Assembly (NCBI GenBank): GCA_963749155.1
Contig: CAVVLO010000002.1
Location: forward strand, 1,440,001-1,504,000
Direction: 5' to 3'
Source of the DNA: an uncultured Armatimonadia bacterium
GTDB taxonomy: Bacteria; Armatimonadota; Zipacnadia; CAVVLO01
Length of the DNA stretch: 64,000 nucleotides
Position 1 is the stretch's first letter. Every line of letters begins with the position of its first letter. Positions 32,188 to 42,112 of the stretch are shown here, in pieces. Made by a program: the position numbers and the translations under genes. The notes under the pieces are model-generated. The model did not search any database and had not been told where the DNA came from. It worked only from the letters and a program-made list of their open reading frames with translations.

Positions 32188-32651
32188 CCGTGCGGCACCT
32201 CCCAACTGTAGGGGATGACCGGCGTGTTAAAGGGCAACCGCTCCTCATCGGGCTGTTCGTAGTTGTAAGCCTCGGTGACGAGATTGACCATTACAGCTTC
32301 GATGTCACTGATACACTTCCAGCCGTGATAAACCCCTTTGGGGATGTGGATTAGCAGCGGGTTGTGGATACCGATGCAAAATTCGTTGAGCTTGCCTTTG
32401 GTGGGGCTGCCCTCGCGCTGGTCGAACATCGCGAGCCGGATCATCCCGCACACGCAAGCCACATTGTCATCCTGCAGCCTGTGAAGATGCCAGGCCTTTA
32501 CGATACCGGGCCGGGTAGTCGTTACATAGACCTGGCCGAACTTCTCATAGACTTCGTCATCGCACCGGACCAGTTCCATCAGGCGACCGCGCTCGTCGGG
32601 GATGCAACGCAATTGCTTGAGCTTGACTCCGTCTATCAACGTTCTAGCCAT
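32184..32651 (-). CDS. rfbC: dTDP-4-dehydrorhamnose 3,5-epimerase family
   Basis: Motifs DERG, KAWHLH, DQREGSPT and IPKGVYHG. Confidence 0.9.
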   Translation of the reverse strand: MARTLIDGVKLKQLRCIPDERGRLMELVRCDDEVYEKFGQVYVTTTRPGIVKAWHLHRLQDDNVACVCGMIRLAMFDQREGSPTKGKLNEFCIGIHNPLLIHIPKGVYHGWKCISDIEAVMVNLVTEAYNYEQPDEERLPFNTPVIPYSWEVPHG

Positions 32652-32663
32652 CGAAAGGCCTCC

Positions 32664-33731
32664 TTATGGCAACTCGACTCTACTTTGATCTCCAATAACA
32701 AGCCTGCAAGCCCTCGGTCTGCCCGCCGAACGACAGACAGTCGCATCGCGCCCAACCAGGCAGGAATCCAGCCTGGTGTCCGGTCCACCGAGTACCTTGC
32801 ACCCATCCAGCAGGATACTGTGCTCAACTTCGGCCTCCTGGATAACTACCCCGGCGCCAATCGCGGTATAGGGCCCGATAAAACTGTCTTCTATACGCGC
32901 TTTGGGACCAATTATTATGGGGCCTCGCAAGGTGCTGTCCTTGACAACGGCGCCCTCTGCGATGGAGATGGGTCCTGAGAGAGTGCTGTTTTCGGTTTTA
33001 CCCCTGATGTCGTTCTCAAGCAGGTCGAGTACCAGCCGGTTGGCCTCGAGTAGATCCTCTGGCTTGCCGGTGTCCTTCCACCAGCCCTCGACCTGGTGGG
33101 GCATAACGGCATAACCGTTATCAACCAGCCACTGCAAGGCATCGGTAATCTCAAGCTCTCCCCTGGGGCTTGGCTTGATGGCTTCGACAGCCTCGAAGAC
33201 AGGGTCGGAAAACATATATACGCCGACCAGAGCCAGATTTGAGGGGGGCACTTCGGGCTTCTCGACGAGTCTTACGACCTTGCCCGCGCCGTCCAGTTCG
33301 ACGACACCGAACCGGTTAGGATGCTCAACGCGCGCGAGCAGTATCATCGCGTCAGGCTGGGCTTGCTCGAATTCGTAGGCAAACTGTTTTACGCCGGCGC
33401 GCAGCAGATTGTCGCCCAGATACATCAGGAAAGGTTCTCCCTCGAGCAGGGGACGGGCCAGTTTTACGCAGTGGGCCAGGCCCAAAGGCTTTTCCTGGTA
33501 GACATATTCGACCCGCAGGCCCCAGGCAGAGCCATCGCCGACCGCGGCGCGGACTTCTTCAGCGGTTTCGCCGACGATTATGACGGTCTCCTGGATGCCA
33601 GCTTCAGCCAAAGCTTCAAGCCCATAGAAGAGCACCGGTTTATTGGCGACCGGGATAAGCTGCTTGGCGCTTGTATACGTGAGGGGACGCAGGCGAGTAC
33701 CGCTGCCACCGCTCAGGACGAGCCCCCGCAT
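32664..33731 (-). CDS. rfbA: Glucose-1-phosphate thymidylyltransferase (long form)
   Basis: Motifs GGSGTRLRPLT, KQLIPVANKP, YLGDN, RGELEITDA and WKDTG, plus a C-terminal hexapeptide domain. Confidence 0.95.
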   Translation of the reverse strand: MRGLVLSGGSGTRLRPLTYTSAKQLIPVANKPVLFYGLEALAEAGIQETVIIVGETAEEVRAAVGDGSAWGLRVEYVYQEKPLGLAHCVKLARPLLEGEPFLMYLGDNLLRAGVKQFAYEFEQAQPDAMILLARVEHPNRFGVVELDGAGKVVRLVEKPEVPPSNLALVGVYMFSDPVFEAVEAIKPSPRGELEITDALQWLVDNGYAVMPHQVEGWWKDTGKPEDLLEANRLVLDLLENDIRGKTENSTLSGPISIAEGAVVKDSTLRGPIIIGPKARIEDSFIGPYTAIGAGVVIQEAEVEHSILLDGCKVLGGPDTRLDSCLVGRDATVCRSAGRPRACRLVIGDQSRVELP

Positions 33732-33735
33732 CAGA

Positions 33736-34818
33736 TTACCTCCCAACATTATGGCGAGAGAAGACCGCAAGGCCGAGTAACAAAAGCAAGGCGGGCGACC
33801 ACCAGGCCGCAATCGCCGGAGACATCATACCAAGCCCCGCCAGTGCGCGACTCCAGTTGAGCGCTCCGTTGGCAAAGAATACCACAAGCACCGCCACGAG
33901 CAGGCCCGCAAAAGGCCCTCCTCTACAGAAGCGCACGGCAAGCGGAAATACGACTAGCGCAAATATGACACAGGTGACAGGCAAAACCAGCTTGAATTGC
34001 GCTTCGAGCGCCATCTCCTTCGTTTTGCGAGAGACAATTCCTGCTGCTTCCATCACCTTGACTGACTGGGTGAGTTCCATCAGTGACAGTTCGGAAGGGT
34101 CACGAGTGTCGGCCCAATACTCCTGGATGGCTTCCTTTAGCTGCAAGGGGCGTTTCTCGAAGCGAGTGACTTTTGAAAGTTGTCCCTCACTGTCCAGGAG
34201 GAACTCTGCGCCGTTTTCCAGCACCCAGGTTGTGCCTGAGAAATGCGCTTCAGGCGCCACGAGGATGCGCGCCCCCCGCTCGCTTTTTTCGAGCAGCGTG
34301 ATGTCCTTGAGCGCGCGTTCACCAGGGGAAAGCCGGCGCACATAGTAGAATTCGCCACTTGGGCCTTTGAAGAAGAGGTTCTCACTGGGCCATTCACGTC
34401 CGCTCCGGGCCAGCAGTTCGTTCATCACCTGATTGGATTTGGTCGCCGCAAGGGGCGAAAGCCATTGCTCCGAGGCCAGAGTGAGGAAGCCGACAGCAAA
34501 GGCAAAGAGAAGCACCGGAAGAAAAAGTCGCCAGGGCGGTATACGCGCGGCGTTCAGAGTCAGATATTCTGTTTCGCGCGCAAAACGGGTCGCCATCAGG
34601 GCAACGCCCACGGCAACGGCTACCGGCAGAACGTAACCGGCCAGGCTGGGCATCTGGTACAGTATGTATTTGAGGAACAGCAACAGCCCAGCGTTGCTTT
34701 CCAGCAGTTCGGTCGAGTTGAAAGTAGTCTGCAGCATCAGGACTGCCGCGAAGACAAGCCCGCCTGCGATAAAAGGCGGAAGGAGCTCGCGCAAGAGATA
34801 GCGATCAAGTAGCTTCAC
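33736..34818 (-). CDS. LptF/LptG family permease
   Basis: MKLLDRYLLRE start, RFARETE motif, 6 TM segments with a periplasmic domain. Confidence 0.88.
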   Translation of the reverse strand: MKLLDRYLLRELLPPFIAGGLVFAAVLMLQTTFNSTELLESNAGLLLFLKYILYQMPSLAGYVLPVAVAVGVALMATRFARETEYLTLNAARIPPWRLFLPVLLFAFAVGFLTLASEQWLSPLAATKSNQVMNELLARSGREWPSENLFFKGPSGEFYYVRRLSPGERALKDITLLEKSERGARILVAPEAHFSGTTWVLENGAEFLLDSEGQLSKVTRFEKRPLQLKEAIQEYWADTRDPSELSLMELTQSVKVMEAAGIVSRKTKEMALEAQFKLVLPVTCVIFALVVFPLAVRFCRGGPFAGLLVAVLVVFFANGALNWSRALAGLGMMSPAIAAWWSPALLLLLGLAVFSRHNVGR

Positions 34819-34824
34819 ACTTAC

Positions 34825-34831
34825 TATTGTA
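34825..34831. promoter_or_regulatory. Putative bidirectional -10 element (TATTGTA)
   Basis: TATTGT on + and TACAAT on -, overlapping within the 20-bp gap between divergent start codons. Confidence 0.45.
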
Positions 34832-34838
34832 GCCTGTT

Positions 34839-35570
34839 ATGCCCCAGGAAGGGGAGAGGAGAGGACGACTATCAACGACCAGCCCCAGGAGAGAGATAAA
34901 GAACGCGGATTTTGGGGAGGAACTCGGCAGCGCGCTGGCCAGGCCTGAGGCCCAGATATTGCTGCTGGTCACGGTCGTGCTGGTCTTCGAATGGCACCAC
35001 CGCAATCTGTGGGGATTGCCGCATCAGTACTGGACCTTTGCGTGGTTCCTCACCAGTCTGGCGTGCTTCTTCCTGGTACCCCTGGTTTTCACGGCGCTTC
35101 ACCCGAAAATAAAAGTAAGCGAGACAGGACTTGGCCTGGGCGACTGGCGCTGGTGGGGCAAGTGGACGGCGCTGCTGTTCGCTGGGATGCTGCCGGTGCT
35201 TTTTGTAGCCGCAAATCGTCAGGAGTTTCGCGATTTTTATCCCTTATGGTCAGGCGCAAGAAACGGAGGACTTGGGCTGCTGGCTTTCGAGGCCAGTTAC
35301 GTGGCGTATTTCTTCGCGTGGGAATATCTGTACCGGGGTTTCCTGCTACAACCACTGGCAAAGAAGCTCGGTCCGGTGGCTATTGTTATCCAGACCTTGC
35401 CCTTTGCGCTGACGCACTTCACCAAACCCGAGCCGGAAGTATGGGGGGCTATCATCGCAGGGCTTGCGCTGGGCGCGTTGGCCTGGCGCGGCAAGAGCTT
35501 CTGGCCCGCCTTCCTCTTGCACGCGGCCTGCGCGGTCACTTTCGACCTGCTTTGCGTCTATCTGCCCTAG
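34839..35570 (+). CDS. CPBP (Abi/CAAX) family intramembrane glutamic endopeptidase
   Basis: Motifs WEYLYRG, FALTH and LLH, multiple TM segments. Start uncertain. Confidence 0.88.
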   Translation: MPQEGERRGRLSTTSPRREIKNADFGEELGSALARPEAQILLLVTVVLVFEWHHRNLWGLPHQYWTFAWFLTSLACFFLVPLVFTALHPKIKVSETGLGLGDWRWWGKWTALLFAGMLPVLFVAANRQEFRDFYPLWSGARNGGLGLLAFEASYVAYFFAWEYLYRGFLLQPLAKKLGPVAIVIQTLPFALTHFTKPEPEVWGAIIAGLALGALAWRGKSFWPAFLLHAACAVTFDLLCVYLP

Positions 35571-36247
35571 CCTTCAGGATGAGAGAGCAACTCGGCCAGT
35601 TTCTCGGCGAAGGCTTTGGCCTGATCCGGGCCACTCGCGGTCACAAATAAACCTGACTCCACAACCCCTGGCCCCATATAATTGGCGCCAGCCTCGGTCA
35701 GCAGATCACTTCGGCTTTCGGTAATAGTGGCGTCTTCGCCCTTCAGCAGGCCGGCCTTGGCCAGGATACCTGGGGCCAGGCAGATGGCAGCCACAATCTT
35801 GTTTTCCTCGGCAGCCTCTCGCGCAATCGCCAGGGCTTCAGGATCATCGAAATAATCCGATGCGCCCGAGCCTCCGATAAACACGACGGCATCGTAGTCA
35901 GGCACTTTTACTTTGGACAGGGCCAGGTCGGGCATAACTTCGGCGCCCTCCATCCCGGTCGCTGCCGTTTTTTTCTTGCTGGCAACTGTAAGGGTCGCGC
36001 CCTGGTCACCGAGCAGGAGTCGAGGTTCGGTAAATTCGACATCGTTGAAGTCTTTCTGGGCAATCACAAGCAGTACTTTGGTCCCTTCGAGTGCGGCAGG
36101 GGTTTGCGGTTCTGTCGCAGGCGCGGGTTTGGTTATCGGCGCCGGAGTGGGCGGGGCAGGGGGCTTCACGGCCTCGCGCTGACTACAACCGGCAACCAGC
36201 AGGCCTGCGAAAACGACTACTACCAAAAGGAGCAAACCACGATACAC
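35567..36247 (-). CDS. DJ-1/PfpI family protein with lipoprotein signal
   Basis: Lipobox LVAGC, motifs DFNDVE, YDAVVFIGG, AAICLAP and VTASGP. Confidence 0.88.
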   Translation of the reverse strand: MYRGLLLLVVVVFAGLLVAGCSQREAVKPPAPPTPAPITKPAPATEPQTPAALEGTKVLLVIAQKDFNDVEFTEPRLLLGDQGATLTVASKKKTAATGMEGAEVMPDLALSKVKVPDYDAVVFIGGSGASDYFDDPEALAIAREAAEENKIVAAICLAPGILAKAGLLKGEDATITESRSDLLTEAGANYMGPGVVESGLFVTASGPDQAKAFAEKLAELLSHPEG

Positions 36248-36320
36248 AAGACTTCACCTCGCGCAGTACGACTGGGACAATTGTACTCTTGAAGTCAAGA
36301 AGTGGGCAGGGGGAGACTTG

Positions 36321-37598
36321 CTATTCGAAGACGCGCTTGGCGCCTACATAAGTGCGCAGGTAGTAGCCCTCGTTCAGGCTGTTTACGGTAACGCCTCGGC
36401 TCGGATTGGCCGCGTGGACGAACTTGCCGCCACCGATATAGACGCCCACGTGGCTGACGCGATCGCCGCGGGTGTTGAAGAAGACCAGATCGCCCTTCAC
36501 GAGGTCTGACTTGGCGACCTTGCGCCCAATGCCCGTATATTGCTGCCCCGCGTGGTGGGGGGCCTTGATGCCAAGTTTGGACAGGCAATAAGCGGTGAGG
36601 CCAGAGCAGTCGAATCCGCGAGAACTCATCCCGCCGTAACGATAACCAGTGCCCTTGTATTGCAAGGCGGTGTTGGCGAGTTTTTCAGCGCTGCTACTCG
36701 GGGTACCGGAGTCGTCGTAGTTTTCGGCGCTCAGGGCCATATCGACTGGAGCGTCAGCCGTCAACAGCTCGGAGAAGACCCATCCCTGTTTGCCATCGCC
36801 GAAGCTGACCTGATACCAACTACCGCTCTGGTCTATCAGATAGACCTTGGCATCGCGAGGAAGCAGGCTTACTTTTTCGGCTTCCAGATCGGGCTTTGTG
36901 CGGATATTGGCAGCGTCGCAGTTGATCCACAAAGGCTTCTGCCCGGGGAAATCTATCAGGTTGGAGTAAATCCAGCCCTTCACGCCCGTAGGCAACTCGA
37001 CCTGGATCCAGTCGCCCTGCACGAGCAGCGGCTTTACGCGGGTATCCTGGTCTACCTGGCAGACAAGCTCGGCCTCGGTGGTGGGCTCTTTCCGGACGTT
37101 TACCGTGTCGTAGCCAATCCACCCGACTTCGGCATCTGCCTTGCGAGGCTTGTTTGGGTCGATTTTGGCGCCTTTGAAAGCGGCGTCATACTTGGCTTTT
37201 ACGTTTAGGGGTGCCTGCGAATAGGGGAAGGTCTCGACTACCCAGCCTGCGACCCAGCCTTCGGTGCCAGTCGGGAAGAGGATATGCCACCATTGGTCTT
37301 TTTTACCAAGGGCTTTGAAGATGCGTCCATGCTCGACCTTGGCCACTGCATCGGCGAGGGTGGAAGGCTTGGCGCGCAGATTTACTAGCTCTTCGGATAT
37401 GTACCCAATGCGAAAATCCGCCTGGTCGGCATATGCCGCGGCGGTGGTTATGAGCCCAGTATCAGGCGCAATCAAAAGCCCCCACGGTTGCAGTACAAGT
37501 GCCAGGAGAAAACTCCAAAAACAAACCTGGCACGCGCTACGAGCAACGCGTGAGACGAGGGCAGTTAGTTGGCTGCTGTGTGTGTGCGATGTTCCCAC
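36321..37598 (-). CDS. SH3b-repeat NlpC/P60 (C40) peptidoglycan endopeptidase
   Basis: Three SH3b repeats (VNLR/VNVR/ANIR..GW[VI]), then GFDCSG, GDLVFF, HVGVYIG and FVHA. Confidence 0.92.
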   Translation of the reverse strand: MGTSHTHSSQLTALVSRVARSACQVCFWSFLLALVLQPWGLLIAPDTGLITTAAAYADQADFRIGYISEELVNLRAKPSTLADAVAKVEHGRIFKALGKKDQWWHILFPTGTEGWVAGWVVETFPYSQAPLNVKAKYDAAFKGAKIDPNKPRKADAEVGWIGYDTVNVRKEPTTEAELVCQVDQDTRVKPLLVQGDWIQVELPTGVKGWIYSNLIDFPGQKPLWINCDAANIRTKPDLEAEKVSLLPRDAKVYLIDQSGSWYQVSFGDGKQGWVFSELLTADAPVDMALSAENYDDSGTPSSSAEKLANTALQYKGTGYRYGGMSSRGFDCSGLTAYCLSKLGIKAPHHAGQQYTGIGRKVAKSDLVKGDLVFFNTRGDRVSHVGVYIGGGKFVHAANPSRGVTVNSLNEGYYLRTYVGAKRVFE

Positions 37599-37608
37599 GT
37601 CGGTTGTA

Positions 37609-37636
37609 AGTATACCATCCTGCCTGGTTTAGTCAA
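37609..37636 (-). promoter_or_regulatory. sigma70-type promoter
   Basis: TTGACT-16 nt-TATACT with an extended TG, 10 nt upstream of GTG 37598. Confidence 0.55.
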
Positions 37637-37786
37637 CCCGGACCACTCTCGCGCCCCGTCTGAAGCCAAAGCAACGACTGTAGTACCTTACTATGAACGT
37701 GCACCAATCAGGAAGCCGGACTCATATTCTACCAGCCAGGCCGGCCTCCTGCCGACTAAAAAATGAAATCTGTTAGTGACTGGTAA

Positions 37787-40700
37787 CTAGCCTGAGACCT
37801 TCGTTATCCGTAGCGACAGAAGTCGGAAATTTCTGTCCTCGGGTGGATCCCATTCATCGTTGATGAATTCGACGCGCACTATATGCTTGCCGAGGGCCAG
37901 TTGCGCCTGGGTAACAACGGCCTCGGGGCCAGGGCCGGAATAGGCGAGTTCATCCACCTGCTTGCCATCCACAAAGACGCGTATTATCGGGAAGATACCC
38001 TTGACCGAGGTGCCGCCCCCAACGACGGCCAGTTCATATACTCCTGCGGAAAACGCTTCGACTTCCACCTCTACCGCGCCGTTGCTGCCCAGGTAGAAAC
38101 CGTCAGAGGTGGGATTTGCCCAGGGGGTGTCCCAGGCCAGTTTAAAGGCCTGGCCAGGTATCTCCAACTCCAGATTGCTGCCCTCGGCAGTCACTCCGAG
38201 CCCTGCCAGCAGCCCTGAGAGATAACGATCGGCGTGGCGTTGATAGGAGCCGGCGGCGTCCCAGCGCACCTGATCGAGCAGCAGACGCCCCTTGCCAAGG
38301 CGGAGCTCCGAAAGCACCGCTGGCTGACAAAGAGGAGTGAAGCCCTCCCAGGCCTTGGCTTCCAGCACCTGGACTCGATCGAACATCAGGTTGCGATCCT
38401 GACCGTTTATGACGGCGTCATTGGTGAAGACCACCTGGAGAGTATGCTGGCCCGCCGCAAGAGGGCCAAGTTCGACAAGATAGGTGTCATGCGCATCCGA
38501 GACGATCACCGGATTGTGCAGGACATCATCTACGATAAGATCCACCCGGGGAAACTCGCCCTGGGCGGGGGTGCCCCAGGCGCGGAAGGTAAGCGAGTAA
38601 CTCCCTTCTTTGGGCAAACTGAAGAGAGCCTCGGGGACGGCAGCAGCCGCATAGAGGCCAAAAAACTCCGCGCTGCGAGCGGCCAGGCCTTCCGTTGGCA
38701 AGTTGAAATCGAGGGGTCCCAGTGTGACGATGGCGGACGAATCGCCTTCAGGCACGACTAGCTGGGGGAGCGCCCTAGCTACCGGCACGACCGAGGTCTC
38801 CGTCTCCTCTTGCTGCCAGCCGAGGAAAGGATGCCACCACAGGTCATGCAGATTGAGCCAGGTGGCCAGCTCTCCCTGTTTGGTCAAGACTTCGCGGGGC
38901 GCTTGCCGCCTGATGGCCAGGTGGCCCTCGGTGAGCTGCTCGAGCACCGAAGACGCAGTGGCGTCCAGGTTGTGCATTACGACAGTTGCGCCGCTTTCAA
39001 CCGCCTGGCGCAGCGCTCCTACCTCTGGAAGACCGAGGTTTTGGGCGTTAACCAGGAACAAACCCGCGTTGGACAGGTCGGCTTCCTCGGTGGGCGCTTC
39101 GTAGACCAGTTGCAGCCTGTCGAGGGCTTGTTGCCAAACGCCAGAGGGGTCCAGCACCACAGGGGTTACGGGCGCAGGTTCCGGCTGGGTCGCCTTGTCC
39201 AGCAGCCAGCGCAGCAACTCGGAAGCCAGCGGTTCGGCTTGGAGTGAATTGATGACGTCGAGCTGGCACAGGTAATACGCCCCCGCGCCCAATCGCCATT
39301 TGAAGAGAGGCGAACACTCGAGCCCCTGGCTGGTCGCGCTGGTGAGGAAGGTCTCGGTCGCGCCAGTCGTCGGGCGGCTCCACGAAAAGCGCGCGCAATA
39401 ACCGTCCGGCTGCCAGAAGTCGAGGCCGGCTTCTGTGAACAAGCCCTCCAGCGGGCGCTGCTCGAAGACGCGCGCGCAAGGGGCTTCGGCAAGCGCAAGT
39501 GGTAACACCTCAGGCTGGGAGGCGCGCTGCGGCAGGATAATCGCTCGCCCTCCGGCTGCCACGAAATCCATCAGCCCGTAGGAGCGCTCTTTGCCGACCA
39601 CAAAGCCTTCCTGGGCTTGCCCAAACGCGTCGGCGCCTATGAGTACGATATCAAAGGCCGACAGGTCGCCCTGGAGAGTCTCAATCCTGGTGAAGGGCTG
39701 TTCTTCAAGCAGCTCAGCGGTCGTGCCAGCAGGATCCCAAAGGCCGATGCGCGCGCCTTCGGGCAGCCGCAGAGGACGCCTTGCGAAACTGTAGCAAGTC
39801 TCTTCATAGCCTCGGGCGCCCTCGATGCCGTCCAGCCGCGCTGTCAGCGTGAAGGCTGCAGGCTCACGGCCGGCGGGAGGGGCTTCGAACTCCAGCACGA
39901 GTTTCACCCGGTCTGCCGGGCCGAGTTTTACTGGTGACCGGACTTCGGAAGTGAAGCCTTTCCCATCGGTAGCTGTCAGCACCAGCTCGGTTTCGATCGC
40001 CTGGGTGGAATCGTTCATCACATAACAGGTGCGCGGGTAGCGCTGGCCTGCGAAAAATCGCTTCGAGGGCTCTCTCACCACGATGCTGACGGGCACATAG
40101 TGCTCTTTCAGCGTGCCCCAGAGCAGCCCTTTGGCTTTTGGAGATTCTTCTGTCGGCGTCCAGGGGCAGAAGCCAGTAACGCCCAGGGCTCGATAGGCGT
40201 CCACCTGGTCGGCCCAGACCGCGGCTTTGGCCTTCATATAGACCTGGGGCATCCCAAAAGCCGTCTCGCCGAACAAAGAGGAGAAGGCCTGGACATTTTG
40301 GTTCGGCATCCAGAGGAACTCGCCGATGTAGAGAGGCTTCTCGCGCGTCCACTGCCACTCTCGCGCAGGATAAGTCTGCAGGCTGGTCGGTTTTTCCATC
40401 CACCAGGCTTCCTGGGGGAAGTTAACGCGGTCGGGGTATTCCCAGGGATAGTGCAGATTGATGATATCGGCGCCGCCCGCCGGGTCCTCATCGCCGTCAT
40501 ACATTATCAGGCGCGTGGCATCGAGGCCTCGGACATAGTCGGCCAGGGCCGAAAGCTCCTGGGCGACCGGCTCCTTCCGGGCGCGCGCCGGTCAGCAGCA
40601 ATTCGTTCTCCAGGCTGTACATCACCACGGAGGGATGGTTCACGTCGCGGGCAATCAGGCCCTGCCAGTGGCTCTGCAGGTTCTGCCAATATTCGGGCCG

Positions 40701-41819
40701 GTCGGTTGCAAAATCGGAGCCAAAGCACCAGTTGGCGGATTCCTCTATAAGGTATATGCCAATCTCGTCAGCGTGGCTGTAGAACTCCTCCGGCCAGACA
40801 TTGGCGTGCAGGCGGAAGCAGTTGATGTTGTTGGCCTTGGCGTAATCCAGCATATCGGGCTTCCAGCTTGCGCCTGGATGGCCAGCGCTGCCGCGGAAGA
40901 TGGTCTTCACGCCGTTCACGTACACGTCGGCGCCCTCTCGCCATATCTCCCTGAACCCAAAACGCGTCTTTTCCTCATCCAGAAGGTTGCCAGGGGGGGC
41001 AGTGAGGGCCGTATTTACAAAGTAGAGAGAGGGTGATTCGGGCGACCAGAGCTCCGGGTTGGGCCAGTCGGCCTCGAAGCTGACAGTCTGAGTGCTTCGC
41101 GCAGGCAGGGTCAGCCGCTTTGGCGCCAGTTCAGGCGCTCTCGGTCCTGCCAGGCGGGGGCTCAACTCGACTTCGAGGGGCGCATCGGAGAAGGATTCCA
41201 CGGTTATCGCGAGGTCGATTTGCTTCTTGCGGAAACTGGTGGTCACGACGACGTCCCGGATGCGCGCCTGGTTATAACCGCGCACTTCGACGGGCTGCCA
41301 GATGCCATACTGGGCTGGATGCGAGCCAACAGGCGCCAGCACGGTTTTCGGCTCCCAGGTGAGTTCCCAATCGGCAATCTTGGCGCGCAACTCTTCATCA
41401 AGGGCGCCAGGCACGAGCAGATTGGCGACTTCACCGGCGGCCACGATTACAGTGTTAAGGCCTGGCCGGATATGCGCAGTGAGGTCCACTTCAAAAGGCG
41501 TCCAGCCGCCCCACTGGCCGCCTGCAAGCTGGCCGTTTACGTAGACTTTCGAGACATAATTCACTCCCCCGAACCACAGCTTGAGGGCGCTGAAACGCGC
41601 TTCCTGGGGCAGCTCGAACTGGGTGCGATAGTGGAGCCAGGTCAGTCTCGCATCCATCGGCTGGTCGCCCAGCTCAATCGGCTTCCACGCCAGGTCACTG
41701 GTGGGAGCCTCTGTGGGAGCATAAGCGGCTTCCCAATTGTCCAGATTGACGACCCAGGGCGCCGCGCAAGCCCAGGTTGTGAGGAGAAGCAAGAGGGTCA
41801 GTAAGAGCAGAAGCTGCAC
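37787..41819 (-). CDS. Large secreted GH2-family glycoside hydrolase with two C-terminal CBM-like modules (frameshift near 40580)
   Basis: Signal peptide after a GGAGG SD, motifs FGGVNY, GIWQPV, FGFRE, NHPSVVMYSLENE and IGEF. Two repeats of the form GxHxxxVxFxND..DRN. Confidence 0.8.
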
Positions 41820-42004
41820 CAGGACCACCTCCAGCGGAGTGGAAGCTACTTCGATGGAGGGGACAGTTTCCCTGCGAGAGGGCCAGTTGTCGTTTATAGG
41901 ACTGGCGGAAAGGTAAACAAAGATAACTTTATATAACGGGGGATAAACAGCAACTAGTAGTAATTGTAACATTTAACATCTTATTGGACACCTGCGGCAG
42001 CTAG

Positions 42005-42032
42005 TTGACAAAATTCAGGGGCGAGGTACGAT
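42005..42032 (+). promoter_or_regulatory. sigma70-type promoter
   Basis: TTGACA-16 nt-TACGAT. Confidence 0.55.
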
Positions 42033-42037
42033 AGCTA

Positions 42038-42049
42038 GGGAACGTTCCC
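42038..42049. promoter_or_regulatory. LacI-family-like operator
   Basis: Perfect palindrome GGGAACGTTCCC with a central CG, at the predicted +1. Confidence 0.5.
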
Positions 42050-42112
42050 AAGGCCTCACGGACTCACCTGCTGTTGCTGCCGAGAAGAGAGATTCGCAGT
42101 AGGAGGGTAACT

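Noticed and set aside
37577..37586. Short (TG)n run at the start of the NlpC/P60 gene as a phase-variation tract
   Set aside because: Only 4-5 units, and the start codon is uncertain.
41930..41970. oriC unwinding element (TAG trios plus a GGGGATAA box)
   Set aside because: The box match is poor and the trios are on the wrong side of it.
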